DNA of 64,000 nucleotides from the human T2T-CHM13v2.0 reference genome, Homo sapiens: NCBI RefSeq assembly GCF_009914755.1, contig NC_060926.1, one strand, 5' to 3'. The notes beneath the pieces were generated by a model. The model was not told where the DNA came from and ran no database searches. It saw only the letters and a program-made list of their open reading frames with translations. The position numbers were made by a program, and so were the translations under genes. Shown here piece by piece: positions 12,260 through 25,452 of this stretch. Positions within the stretch are counted from its first letter, which is position 1, and each line of letters opens with the position of its first letter.

Positions 12260-15200
12260 TGAATGTTTCTGTGAGATTTTTAATAATTTTTCTCCCATGC
12301 ACCCTTCCAATCCATTCTAAACTTTTTTCTATCACTGTATATTAGTTTGCACATCCTACATTTTTACATATACATAGCATGCATTCTTTTATATCTGGCT
12401 TACTTCACTCACTAAAATTATTTTGAGATTTAATGATATTGCAGTGAGCATAAAGTTTTTTGTATGTTTCTAATCCATATTTATTGTATGGATATACCAC
12501 GGTTTGATTGTCCATATGTTAGCAACGGTGAATCCACATGGGTCTGCAGCAGCTTGATTCTTGCCTCCCCAGAGGAAAGAATTCATCACAGGGGCATAAG
12601 GCAGAGTGACAGAGTGAGGCAGGTTTTAGAATGGGAGTGAAAGTTTATTAAAAAGTTTTAGAGGAGGAATGAAAGGAAGTACACTTGGTAGACGGCCAAG
12701 TGGGCTACTTGAGAGATCCAAGTGCACCATTTATTCTTTGTCTTGGAGTTTTTATACATTGGCATAGTTCTGGGGTCTGCATTTCTTCTCCCCTGATTCT
12801 TCCCTTGGAGCGGGCTGTCTGCATGCTCAGTGGCCTGCCAGCACTTGGGAGGGGCCGCATGCTCACTGTGTTGACCGAAGTTGTATACATGATCATTTGA
12901 GTGTTTTTGCCTTACCAGTTGAATGTTCCTAAAAGAAGGTCATATACCAGTTAAACTTAGCCTCCTAGTGCACGTGCTACAGCCCACTTGCCCAACTCCT
13001 GAAATCCTACTAGGAAGCTGCTGATATCAGCTTCAGGTGTTTTCTATCTGCTGGGAGACTGCCTTTCCCTGGCAGTGGCTCTTACCAATTATTATTCTAG
13101 GGAGACACTTAAACAACTACCTGACCATCCCGTGATGGTCACCTAGCATTTCTAGGGGTAGGGGGTCTCCTGCCATGCTCATGTTTGCTTAACTACTTAT
13201 TCTAACACATTCACCTATTGATAGACATTTGGGCTTTCTCCAGTTTTTGATTATTACATAATTAAGGCTGCCATAATTATTTGTGTATAAATCTTTTTTA
13301 TGAACCTATACTTTTATTTCTCTTTGTAAATATCTAGAGAGGAATGGCTGGATCATATGATCAGTGTATATTTAAACTAAGAAATTGTTTCCAAAAGTGG
13401 TTGTACAATTTTTACACTCACACCAATATTGGAGTTCCAGTTACTATACTTCCTCACCAAGGTTTAGTATAGTTAATCTTTTTAATTTTAGTCATTTTAA
13501 TAGTTGTGGGTTATGATTTGCATTTCCCTAATAATAACGTTGAGCCTCTTTTTATGTACTTCTTTGCCATTTGTATATTTTCTTTGGTAAAGAGTTTGTT
13601 TAAAATTTTGCATATTTATTTTATTGGATTAATTGCTTTATTACTGAGTTTTCATAGTTCTTTATACACTTTGAGTACAGGCCTTTATTTGATATATGAT
13701 TTGATAGTACTTTCTTCAGGCTGTGGATTATCTTCTTATTTTCTTAAAAATGTTACACAAATAGTGGAAGCTTTTATTTTCATGATGTTCAATTTATTCT
13801 TCATGGACCATGCTTTTAGTGTCATGTCTAAGAAACTTTTGCCTAATCTCAGTTTGCAAAGGTTTTCTACTAAATTTTCTTTTAGAAGTTTTATCATTTT
13901 AAGTTTTCAAATTAGGTCAATGATCTATTAATTAATTTTTCTATAAAGAGTGAGACATGAGTTCAAGTTTATTTTTTTTACATGGATATTCAGCTGCTTG
14001 AGAACCATTTTCAAAAGAGACTATTCTTTCTACGCTGTATTGCCATTTGCACCTTGCTTGAAAATTCTGATGTCCATATACTTTTGGATATTTCTTGGCT
14101 CATGACTATCTTGATTACTATCTCTTTATAATATTGTAAGTTTTGAAATGAAGTCATATTGGCCCTTTAACTTTGTTTCTTTTTTCATAATTGTCTTGGC
14201 TATTCTAGGTTCTTTGCATTTTCATAGAATCAGCATGTCAATTTCTGCAGCAGTGCCTGCTGGGAATTTGAAGGGATTATGTTCAAGATATAGTCCAATT
14301 TAGGGAGAACTTGCATCTTAATAATGTTGAGTTTTCTAACTTATGAAGAAGGTATAACATATCTCTCCATTTATTTAATGCTTTAGTCTCCCTGAGAAAT
14401 CTCATGTTTTTAGTGTATAGATCTTTGTTACTTATTTGATTTATACTTACAGTTTTCATAATTTTTAATTCTATTGTACATATATTGCTTTTTAATTCCA
14501 ATTTTCAGTTTTTCCTTACTGACATAAAGAGATACAATTGATTTTTTTCGTATTGACCTTGTATCCTGAAACTTTACTAAATCACTCATTAGTTTTATAA
14601 GTTATATATCATGTACAATTATATATAAAATATAGATGATATATAACACAAAAACTCTTATAATCTATAACATAAACTGTAGGATATATATTAAAATGTA
14701 TATATCATGTATGTAAATATTTTTTCTATTGGATTTTCTATATAGATTCCCTGGTCCTCTAGGAGTAAAGAGTTATATTTTTTCCTTTCTAATCTCAAAT
14801 GAGTTTCATTTTTTTAACTTACCTTATTTCATTGGCTAGGATGTCCAGCACAATGTGGAAGAGAAGTGGTGAGAGTGAAATCCTTGTTTAGTTTCTGATG
14901 TTAGGGTGAAAACATTCAATATTTCACCGTTGAGTAAAATATTAGCTATAGGCTTTTCATGGATCCCTTTTTCCAGTTTCCTTCTGTTTCTAGTATGCTG
15001 AGGGTTGTTCTCTTCTGTCTTGTTATTTTTAAGAGCAGGATGAATATTGGAGATATCAAAAGCTATTTTCTGCTCTTAGTGAGATGGTTATATGGTTTTT
15101 CTTTTTTGTTAATATGGTGAGTTACATCAATTAATTTTTGAATGTTAAATCATCCTTCAGTACAAGTAAAATTGTAATAAGTTCCACTTAGTCACATTAT

Positions 15201-18200
15201 ATTTTCTATGTATTATTGGATTTGACTTGCTAAAATTTTGTTCAGGATTTTTCATCTATTCTCATAATTTTCTGTTTCTGTAATGTTTCTGTATGATTGT
15301 CAGGGTAATTTAATGCTGGCCTCATAGAATGAGTCTTGACTTATTTTCTCATATACTTTTCTGGAATAGTTGATGTAGAATTAATATCTATTCCTTAATT
15401 ATTTAGGCCTGGTGTTTGGGTTATAAAAATGCTTTAAAAAACAAATTCAATTACTTTAATATATATGGGATTATTCAGGTTAATGAGCTCACTTGATGAA
15501 TGAGCATTGGTAGTTTTTATCTTTCAATAAATATTTGCACTTAACCTAAGTTGTTGAATTTATTGGCATAAAGTTGTTCAAAGTATTCCCTTATCCTTGT
15601 ATTATGTATAGACTCTGTCATAATATTATCTGTCATTCCTGTTATTGGTAATTTTTGTCCGAATTTGTGTCTTCTCTTTTGTATTCATGATCAATCTGCC
15701 TAGAGGTTTATTCTTTTAAAAAAATTCTCAACTAGCTTTTGTTTTAATTTATTTTCTGTATTATTTCTGCTTTCTAGTTCATTGATTTCCACTCTGTTCT
15801 TTACCATTTCCATTTTGCTGCTAACTTTGCCATTCAATTTCCTCTTCTTTGTGAAGAGGTCATTGATTTTGAGACCTTTCCTCTTATCTAATATAGGCAT
15901 TTATTCTGTGCTATTAGTTTCCTTCTAAGTGCTGCTTTAGCAGCATCCCACTGACTTTGATATGCTTTGTTTTAATTTTCACTCTGTACAAAGTACTTTC
16001 TAATTTTCCTTTTGATTTCTTCATTGACCCTGAATTATTCAGAAGTGTATTTTTCCCAGACATTTAAATTTTTCTGGAGATGTTTTGTTACTGATTTCTA
16101 ATTTAATTCTGTTCTGGTCAGGGAACATGCTTGTGTGACATGAATGCTTTCAGTCTGTTGAGACGTACATATTCTGCTATCGTTGGACACATTGTTTGAT
16201 AGATACCAATTCGGTTACATTGGTTGATAATGTTTTTCAGGTGTGCTATCTTGAGTAGATTACTTTTTTTGATGATTTTTTGTTTGTTGAATCAAATATT
16301 GTGATAAGGGTTTTACTATGTTAGTGGTTGCTGTAAGATTTATACTCTCATCTGTAGCTTATGAAAATCTACCTTTAAGTGATATTAAAGCACTTTACAT
16401 ACAGTATAAGAACCTTGTAATAGCATGTTTCAGTTTCTGTCCTTCTGATCATTGTGCTATTGTTGTCGTACGTATTACTTTTAGCATGTTATAAACGTCA
16501 AACAACATTACTATTATTTATGTTTAAATAATGAATTATCTTTTAAATATATTTAAGTAATTTAAAAGTATTTGCCTATGTCTTACCAAATCCGATGCTC
16601 TTCTTCTTTGTGTAGATACGTTTTTCTATCTGGTTTCATTTTTCTTCTGCCTGAAGAACTTTAACATTTCTTTTAATGCTGGTCTTCTGGTGATACATTT
16701 TTGCAGCTTCTATATGTTTTGTAATGTCTTTATTTCATCTTTGTCTTTGAAAAACTTTTGGGTTGGATATAGAATTACAGGTTAACAATTATTTTTCTTT
16801 TATTACTTTAAAGATATTACTACAGTATTTTCTCACTTGTGCTATTACTAAAGAGAAATGTGCTGCCATTCTTACCTTTGTTCCTCTGCAAAAAAATGTC
16901 TGTTTTTCCTGGCTCCTTTTAAGATTATTTTTTTTTTACCACTGATTTTAAATGATTTGATTATGTTGTATCCCCATATAGTTTTATGGGTCTTATACTT
17001 GGAGTACATTGAGCTTCCTGGATCTGTGATTTTATAGTTTTAATAAAATTTAAAACATTTTTTCATTACTTTTAGAATATTTTTCTCTTCCCCCTCTCTT
17101 TTAGAGAACAATTACATGTGTATTCAGCTCCTTTAAGCTGCCCCACAGCCTACAGATTGTATTTTCAATTTTTAAAATTGTTTATTCCCTCTTTTTGTTT
17201 CATATGATTTCTATTGCTATGTCTAGGCTCACTCATCTTTTCCTTCTACAATGTCTAACCTGCTGTTCATTCCACCCAGTGCATTTTTCATCCAACACAT
17301 TGTAGTTTTTATCTCTAGAAGTTTGTTGGGCTCTTTTTATATATTACATATCTATATTTGAGTTTTTGAACTTACAGATTATTTGTAATAACTGTTTTAA
17401 TGTCCTTGTCTACTAATTCTCACATTTTTGTGAGTTCTGCGTCAGTTTTGATTGATTCCTTTATCTCTTTATTATGAATCATGTTTTACAGATTCTTGGC
17501 ACATCTAGGAATTTTTTTTTTTTGGTTGCCAGACTATTACCTTATTGGGCACTGGATATTATTTTTATTCCTATAAAGGTCCTAGATCATATTTCTGAGA
17601 CACAGCTAGATTTATTAGAAACAGTTTAATCCTTTTAGACCTTAATTTAAATGTTGTTAGGTGGGACCAGAGCAATGATCAGTCTACATGTAACTACCCA
17701 CTACTGAGCCAATACCCTTCTGTGTACTCTGCCCAGTTCTCTGTGAATCTTGAGCATTTCAGTGTTCCTTTTGGGAAGAAGCACTCCTCGGTCTTGTGTG
17801 CATGTTAACACTATTATGTTTAATCCATTCAAGTAGTTTTCTAATAGGTATGTGTTGAATAATACTCAGCTGCAGGGGACCCTCTGCAGATCTCTGGAGT
17901 TATTTCTTTGTGCAGCCCTCTCATCCTTCCTATGAAATGTAGCTGCTTTGGACTCTTCAAACTCTCAGCTTCATCACTTGAATATAGGAAGTCTGCTAGT
18001 TTTTCACAATGGCTTTTTCTTCCTAATCTACAGACAGGAAACTTTGTAGGCAGTAAGCTGAAGCAGTTAATAGAGCTCACCGTGTTTGTTTCTTCTGTCT
18101 CAAGGATCATTATCCTTTTTTGCTTGATAGGTATCTTGAAAACTTGTATATTCTGTTTTTTGGTGGAAAAAACTTTTTTTCAGGCAAGCAGATTAAATAT

Positions 18201-18240
18201 CTGGTCTCTTCTCCTTCCTCTAGGCCAGAAGGAAAGTTTA
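12260..18240 (-). mobile_element. Old LINE-1 (L1MC/L1MD/L1ME-type), heavily decayed, interrupted by MER50
   Basis: T-rich antisense L1 motifs throughout (TGTATGGATATACCAC, GGAATGGCTGGATCATATG, GCTGGCCTCATAGAATGAG, TGCTTTAGCAGCATCCCAC). 5'-end-like sequence at ~17.6-18.2 kb. Boundaries approximate; may be more than one element. Confidence 0.75.
12517..13207 (-). mobile_element. MER50-like ERV1 solo LTR
   Basis: TGTTAG...CTAACA termini. Internal GGGTCTGCAGCAGCTTGATTCTTGCCTCC and GGGGCATAAGGCAGAG. Near-TSD CATA/CATT. Flanking L1 is contiguous across it. Confidence 0.85.
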
Positions 18241-19199
18241 CTTGGAGTATTTCTTAAGGGAGAAATTTATTTATAAAGGCATACGCCCAAACTGTCCCTC
18301 TTTATTTATCAGTGCTGGTATATCCTAATGACATACTCTCTACTGGTGAGAATAGTTCCACCAGACAGACAGACATCTGCTTTAGCATTCAGCAGATTCT
18401 TGGATAGTTTATGGAATGACTTCTTTCAAGTGATTATGAATCCAAAAAGTAGAATTACAAGAATTAACTAGTAATATTTAAGAAATGCATGATCTTGAGA
18501 GTCTTATGTGTTGTTCACCTATAATCCTCAGTTCTCACAGGAGTAAGTAGAAATGTTAGTTTAATCAGGTTATGAGAACAAATGAAAGTAGATATTAATT
18601 ATTCACACTGATTTTACATTTTGAAGATATAAGGTGTTTATTAATGTAAACTATTTGCTTCTTTCTAAAATAGGGGTTGTAGAATCATTGAGCTTGATAG
18701 AGATCTAGAATAAAGTACTATTTTTATATTGATCTTAAATATGTTAGTGTAGTTTCAGTAATTCCTGTGGGATCGTCATACAGTAATTACAATTTTAAGG
18801 AGTTTATGTGTCTCAAAATGTTATCATTGCATATATTAATGCTATTATAAATGCAGTCATAAAAAGAAATGTGAGGAAAATTATTAAATAATTATCAGAA
18901 TGAAGTTGAGTTAATAGGTGTGCCATCCAATTATAACTTGCCCTAAGAGAAATATCAGTGGAGGTTGAACATTTCAGCCTCAGCTAAGACATATACTTGT
19001 GCTAACTTAGACTAGGAAGTATCATAAAGAAAAAGGAACTTTTTATTAGTATCTCCTATTGACAATATCTTGTTATAGTTTAGAACGTATGTATTATAGG
19101 TGTGGATTGAACTATTAAATGGAAGATCAAACACTTTTTTCAGATGTTGCCATTTTCATGGGAGAGTATGTTGAAGTGCGTTTTGGAACATGTTAAGTA

Positions 19200-19373
19200 A
19201 GCTAGAGTGAGAAGGTATAGACAAGCATATGGGGAGACTAAGATGATCCATGTGGTGGTGGATTAGAGCTAGAGACATCAGCATGAACTCATGTTTAGCT
19301 TAATATAGATACAGTTGGAGATACACACACATACACATATATACATACATATCTATAAGTATTTACGTATACA
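19200..19373 (+). mobile_element. L1MD-like 3' fragment ending in a TA/CA-rich tract
   Basis: GATGATCCATGTGG...GAGACATCAGCATGAACTCATGTTTAGCTTAATATAGATACAG. Confidence 0.6.
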
Positions 19374-20326
19374 TACAGAAATTCTTCATTTTATTGTGCC
19401 TTGCATTACTGCACATTGTAGATATTGTGTTTTTTTGCAAATTGAAGGTTTGCGGCAACCCTGTCTCAAGCAAGCCTGTCAGTGCCATTTGTCCAACAGC
19501 ATGTGCTTGCTTCACATGTCACTCTGTGTAACATTTTGGTTATTCTTGCCATGTTTCAAACCTTTTCATTATCATATTTGTTACGGTGATCTGTGATCAG
19601 TTATCTTTGGTGTTACTACTGTAATTCTTTTAGGCATTACAAACAGTGCCTTTATAAGGCAGCAAACTTAATAAGTGCATGTGTTCTGACTACTCCACCA
19701 GTCAACTGTTCTCCTGTCTTCTCTCTCCTTAGGCCTCTCTCTTCCTTGAGACACAATGATAATATACTTAGGCCAATTGATGACTCTACAAGAATGTCTA
19801 TGTGTTCAAATGAAAGGAAGAGTCATACATCTCTCACTTTAAATCAAAAGCTAAAAATGATTAAGCTTAGTGAGGAAGACAGGTTGAAAGCTAAGATAGG
19901 CCCAAAAGCTAAACCTGTTGCACCAAACAGCCAAGATATGCATAGATAAAGTTCTCGAAGGAAATTAAAAAGACTCTTACAGTAAACACATGAATGAAAG
20001 GCAAGCAAAACAGCCTCATTGGTGATATGGAGAAGGTTGAGTAGTCTAGATAGAAAATAAAACCAGTCACAACATACTCTTAAGTCAAATCCAGAGCAAG
20101 GCCCTGACTCTCTTCAGTTTAACGAAGGCTGAGAAGAGGTGAGGAAGCTGCAGAAGAAAAGTTGGAAGCTAGCAGAGGGTTGGTTCATAGAGTTTAAGGA
20201 AAGAGGCCATCTCCATAACATCACAGTCCAGGGTGAAACAGCAAGTACTGTTGCAGAAGCTGCAGCAAGTTGTCTGCAAGATCTACCTAAAATAATAGAT
20301 GAAGGTGGCTACATTAAACAATAGAC

Positions 20327-20650
<324 letters not shown>

Positions 20651-20787
20651 TAGACAAAACAGCTCTCTATTGGAGGAAGATGTCACCTAGGACTCTGATA
20701 GCCAGAGAGAAGTCAATCCCTGGTTTCGAAGGACAGGCTGACTCTCTTGTTAGGGATTAATGCAGCAGGTGACTTTAAGAGGAAGCT

Positions 20788-21102
20788 GGTTGGGCATGGG
20801 GGCTTACACCTGTAATCCCAGCACTTTGGGGGGCTGAGGCAGGCAGATCACTTGAGGTCAGGAGTTCAAGACCAGCCTGGCCAACATGGTGAAACCTCAT
20901 CTCTACTAAAAATACAAAAATTAGCCAGATGTGGTGGTGGGTGCCTATAATCCAAGCTACTTGGGAGGCTGAGGCAGGAGAATCACTTAAAACTCAGGAG
21001 GCAGGGGTTTCACTGAGCCAAGATGGTGCCACTGCACTCCAGCCTGGGTGATAGAGTGAGACTCTTGTCTCAAAAACAAAAACAAAAACAAACAAACAAA
21101 AA
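20788..21102 (+). mobile_element. Alu, AluSx-like
   Basis: Full dimer with (CAAA)n-type tail. Confidence 0.93.
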
Positions 21103-21380
21103 GCCACTGCTCATTTACCGTTTCTAAAATCCTAGGACTCTTAAGAATTATACTAAATTTACCATATCTGTGTTCTGTAAATAAAATAGCAAAGCCTGGA
21201 TGCTAACACCCCTGTTTACAGCATGGTTTACTGATTATTTTCAGCTTACTGTTGAGACCTACTGCTCAGAAACCAGATTCCTTTCAAAATATTACTATTC
21301 ATTGACAATGCACTTTGTCGTCCAGAAGTTCTAATGGAGATATACATTAGGAGAGTAATGTTGTTTTCATGTATGGTAAC

Positions 21381-22187
21381 TGATATGTTTTGGCTCTGTG
21401 TCCCAAATCTCATCTTGTAGGTCCCATAATTCCCACATGTTGTGGGAGGGACCTGGTGGGAAACAACTGACTCATGGGGGCAGGTCTTTCCCATGCTGTT
21501 CTCTTTGATAGTGAATAAGTCCCAGGAGATCTGATAGTTTTAAAAATGGGAACCAACCCAAATGTCCAACAATGATAGACTGGATTAAGAAAATGTGGCA
21601 AACATACACCATGGAATACTATGCAGCCATAAAAAATGATGAGTTCATGTCCTTTGTAGGGACATGGATGAAATTGGAAATCATCATTCTCAGTAAACTA
21701 TAGCAAGAACAAAAAACCAAACACCGCATATTCTCACTCATAGGTGGGAATTGAACAATGAGAACGCATGGACACAGGAAGGGGAACATCACACTCTCGG
21801 GACTGTTGTGGGGTGGGGGGAGGGATAGCTTTAGGAGATACACCTAATGCTAAATGACAAGTTAATGGGAGCAGCACACTAGCATGGCACATGTATACAT
21901 ATGTAACTAACCTGCACATTGTACACATGTACCCTAAAACTTAAAGTATAATAATAATAAAATAAAAAAAATTAAAAAAAAATAAAAAAAATAGAAATGG
22001 GCATTTCCCTGCACAAGCTCTCTGTCTTTGCCTGCCACCATCCATGTGAGACGTGACTAGCTTCTTCTTGCCTTCCACCATGATTGTGAGGCCACCCCAG
22101 CCATGTGGAACTGTAAGTCCATTAAACCTCTTTTTCTTCCCAGTCTCAGGTTTGTCTTTATCAGCAGCGTGAAAACAAACTAATGCA
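21381..22187 (+). mobile_element. THE1 solo LTR, split by an L1 insertion
   Basis: TGATATGTTTTGGCTCTGTGTCCCAAATCTCATCTTG...GTGAAAACAAACTAATGCA. Near-TSD GTAAC/CTAAC. Confidence 0.9.
21551..21991 (+). mobile_element. 5'-truncated L1PA2/3-like 3' end with poly(A)
   Basis: CCTAATGCTAAATGAC...GTACCCTAAAACTTAAAGTATAATAATAATAAAA. TSD TAAAAATGGG (21541-21550) / TAGAAATGGG (21992-22001). Confidence 0.93.
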
Positions 22188-23333
22188 CTAACATAACATC
22201 TATTCTGCAGTCCATGGATCAGCAGTAATTTTGACTTTCAAGTCTTATTATTTGGGAAATACATTTCATAAGGCCAAAGCTGCCATAGATAGTGATTCCT
22301 TAACTTGGCAATGTAAATTGAAACCTTCTGGAAAGGATTCACCATTCTAGATGCCGTTAAGAACATCCATGATTCACAGCAAGAAGTCAAAATACCAACA
22401 TTAACAGGAGTTTGGAAGAAGTTGATTCTAACCCTCCTGGGTGACTTTGAGAGGTTCAAGACTTCAGTGGAGGAAGTAACTGCAGATGTGGTAGAAATAG
22501 CAAGAGAACTAGAATTAGAAATGGAGTTTGAAGATGTGACTGAATTGCTGCAATCTTATGATGAAACTATAGTGGATGAGGAATTGCTTCTTCTGGATGA
22601 GAAAAGAAAGTGGTTTCTTCAGGTGAGATCTAGGCCTGGTGAAGATGCTATGAACATTGTTGAAATGACAACGCAGGATTTAGAATATTTCATAAACTGA
22701 GTTTAGCTTTATTTTGGCAGTTATCAGTTTATGTTGAAACAAAATACAAGCACTACATAAAAGGACTTTAAGGTTCAAATAAAAAATAGATTTAATTCAT
22801 TTTGTATCTATTTGTATAATAAACATCTTTCTTAAATTGTTGTGTAATTTCTCTTAGGTACCTGTGCAGCACAGGTAATTTGGAATGAATGCCACACCAC
22901 CCATCTTTCCCTGTTAATGATACTGAGTAAATACTGAGAGCAAAGAAATGGGGAAAACAGCTCATTAAAAGGTGTCCCATGCTGTGAAATGTGGAACATA
23001 TTTTTCCTACTTACTTCTTTGATTGAAGACAAAATATTTAGGCACTTAGATGGCCTTTGAGAGAATCTTTGTGTCACAGTGGAGCTGCTTATTTGAAATA
23101 ATTTTTTGAAAATATTAACTTTCCCCATTTTTAAGGTAAAAGTATTGATTAGCTACATATTGTTAAACTCTTCTCTTTAGCTTCATCTGCTCTCTTTCTT
23201 GCTTTTGGGATCCTCATCTTCTTCCTAAGGAATGGCACTAATCAGGTTTGAAAGTTTGGGGGACACTTCAAGTTGCTCATCATTTCCCACAGCCAGCTTT
23301 CCCTCTGGAAATACAAGGTAGTCTTGTATTTAC

Positions 23334-23437
23334 CTGTGTTCCTGTGCTGCAGAATGACGGGTCTTGCAGATTTGTTATAGGACAGTTGGTTATCTTGTGC
23401 TCTTACTTTAACTGATTGATTGTCAACATAAAGATTT
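23334..23437 (-). other. Candidate minus-strand exon (104 nt)
   Basis: Minus-strand acceptor CCCTTTTTCTTTGTTCTTTCACTAACCCCAG|A and donor CAG|GTAAAT. Confidence 0.35.
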
Positions 23438-23510
23438 CTGGGGTTAGTGAAAGAACAAAGAAAAAGGGTGTGTGTTATGGTGAAATATTTAGGAACTGTT
23501 ATGGACTGCC

Positions 23511-23693
23511 ACTTATTATTTTATTGAAAAAATAAGTGTCATTTATATATTACATGTACTATTATTTTATTGAAAACATGAGTGCCATTTATATATTACA
23601 TTATTTTCAATAAAATAATGCTCTCATTTTCAATAAAATAATATATATTATTTTATTAAAAAATGAGTGTCATTTATGTATTACATGTACTAT
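23511..23693. repeat. AT-rich ~46-bp direct repeat with inverted partial copies
   Basis: TATTATTTTATTGAAAA...GTCATTTATATATTACATGTAC copies start at 23514, 23560 and 23646. Inverted TTTTCAATAAAATAAT occurs twice between the second and third copies. Confidence 0.85.
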
Positions 23694-23916
23694 GGTAAAT
23701 ATGGAGATGAAAGGTAACAATTCTGCCTTCATGGTTTTTATAGGCTACTGGCTACATACATAAGTATAATTCATACAGGGTAAGAAATAGTATGAGGCCC
23801 TAGGTACTGCTTATTGAGATGCTTGTGGATGCATACTGGGGAGCTGTATTCTGCTTATTGGCACTGATACTTATTTCCTTATTAATATCAGAAAAATATA
23901 GAACTACATTGGGGGT

Positions 23917-24263
<347 letters not shown>

Positions 24264-24374
24264 CTATAAGAGGAGGAAGGAAGTTAGGGGTGGGAGTTCT
24301 GAAGATAAAGCACTTCTCTAATAATCTGAGCTCCAGATGAAAGCACAGTGAGCAAGAACAGTGCAAGGTTTCAA

Positions 24375-24822
24375 GGCATCAAGTTGTCAGATATCTTTCC
24401 TTTCCCCTCCAAACCAGCTGTCTGTCACTCTCTGCTCTCATCTGTACACCCAGGGACTGATATGTTATCCTCTGGCTTCCAATTGCATTTGGCCAATGGA
24501 GAATCCTACAAGTACACTGGAGAGGAGAGGAGAGTGAAAATATATTATTTTTATCTTGGAGCCTCTGCACAGCTGCAATAAATAGGCTGGCTGTATCCTT
24601 CTACCAAAGATCACAGCTCAAACTAAGGTAGCCCTTTCTCCATCTCTCTGCTTGCTAGTTCTGGGAACACTTGCATCTTCTTGCTTCTTTAGGAATAGCT
24701 CAGTGGCTCCTAGCTCTGGTGTACTGCTTATTACCTTGTTGGCATAGTCCCTATATTAAGCCCTCCTTGAACTATCTCTATTTGAGTACATCATATGCTT
24801 CCGGACTGGCACATTGAGAAAA
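24375..24822 (+). mobile_element. LTR33-like ERVL LTR
   Basis: CTCTGGCTTCC...TTTGGCCAATGG...GGAGAGTGA, GGCTGTATCCTTCTACCAAAGATCACAGCTC and ATTAA...TTTGAGT. Confidence 0.6.
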
Positions 24823-24834
24823 TAGAGCTGCCAG

Positions 24835-24985
24835 AACTTCTCCATCACATAGTCTTCTTCCCACTTCATTTTATGAGTGATGAAAAGGAGGCCAGGGAGA
24901 GAGTAGCTTTTCCCAAATATTTAAGTAAAGACTAGTGTGGAATCTAGACATGCCATTTCCTAGTCCTCCCAGTTCTAATTTCCCA
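24835..24985 (-). mobile_element. MIR fragment
   Basis: CATTTTATGAGTGATGAAAAGGAGGCCAGGGAG core-like sequence. Confidence 0.45.
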
Positions 24986-25085
24986 CTTATTTTGAAATTT
25001 TGTAAATATATTTCTATTTAGTTTCCCACTTCCAAGGCTTCTAATGCTGAGGCTGTGAACATTCCTACAATCAGGTTTTGAGCTT

Positions 25086-25452
25086 ATAGAAATAAATGAA
25101 GACGCTGGCCCACCTAAGGGGAACAGAGGCTTTTTATTCAGAGCTGGCTGTAGCAAAGGAGTGAGCCACCATCACATGCTCTGGGCGGCGTATGTGTTCT
25201 CATTGGTGGTTGCTGCATGGTGAAGCTGGAGCAGGCTAACTAGAAGTGAGGCATCTAATTTGATTGGTTTAGGGAGCATATGTTTTTTTTCCTGGTTGGT
25301 CCTGAGTTGGAACCTGGGGCAAAAAATTAGAGAAGCAAACAGTCATTGTCCAAGTCCTGACTGTTCTGAGCTGATTATTGCAGAGCATATGGGTCAGAGT
25401 TCTACTGTCATATATGATCTAGCTGTTATCTGTTCGTGTAGTCAGTGCGTCA
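25086..25452 (-). mobile_element. MER31-like ERV1 LTR, internally deleted
   Basis: TTTATTCAGAGCT...GCCACCATCAC, GGCTAACTAGAAG, TGATTGGTTTAGGGAGCATAT and GGGTCAGAGTTCTA. Confidence 0.7.

Noticed and set aside
23511-23693. Repeat-spacer (CRISPR-like) appearance of the AT-rich repeats and of the 60-bp duplication
   Set aside because: There are no unique spacers of regular length and no cas genes, and the context is primate.
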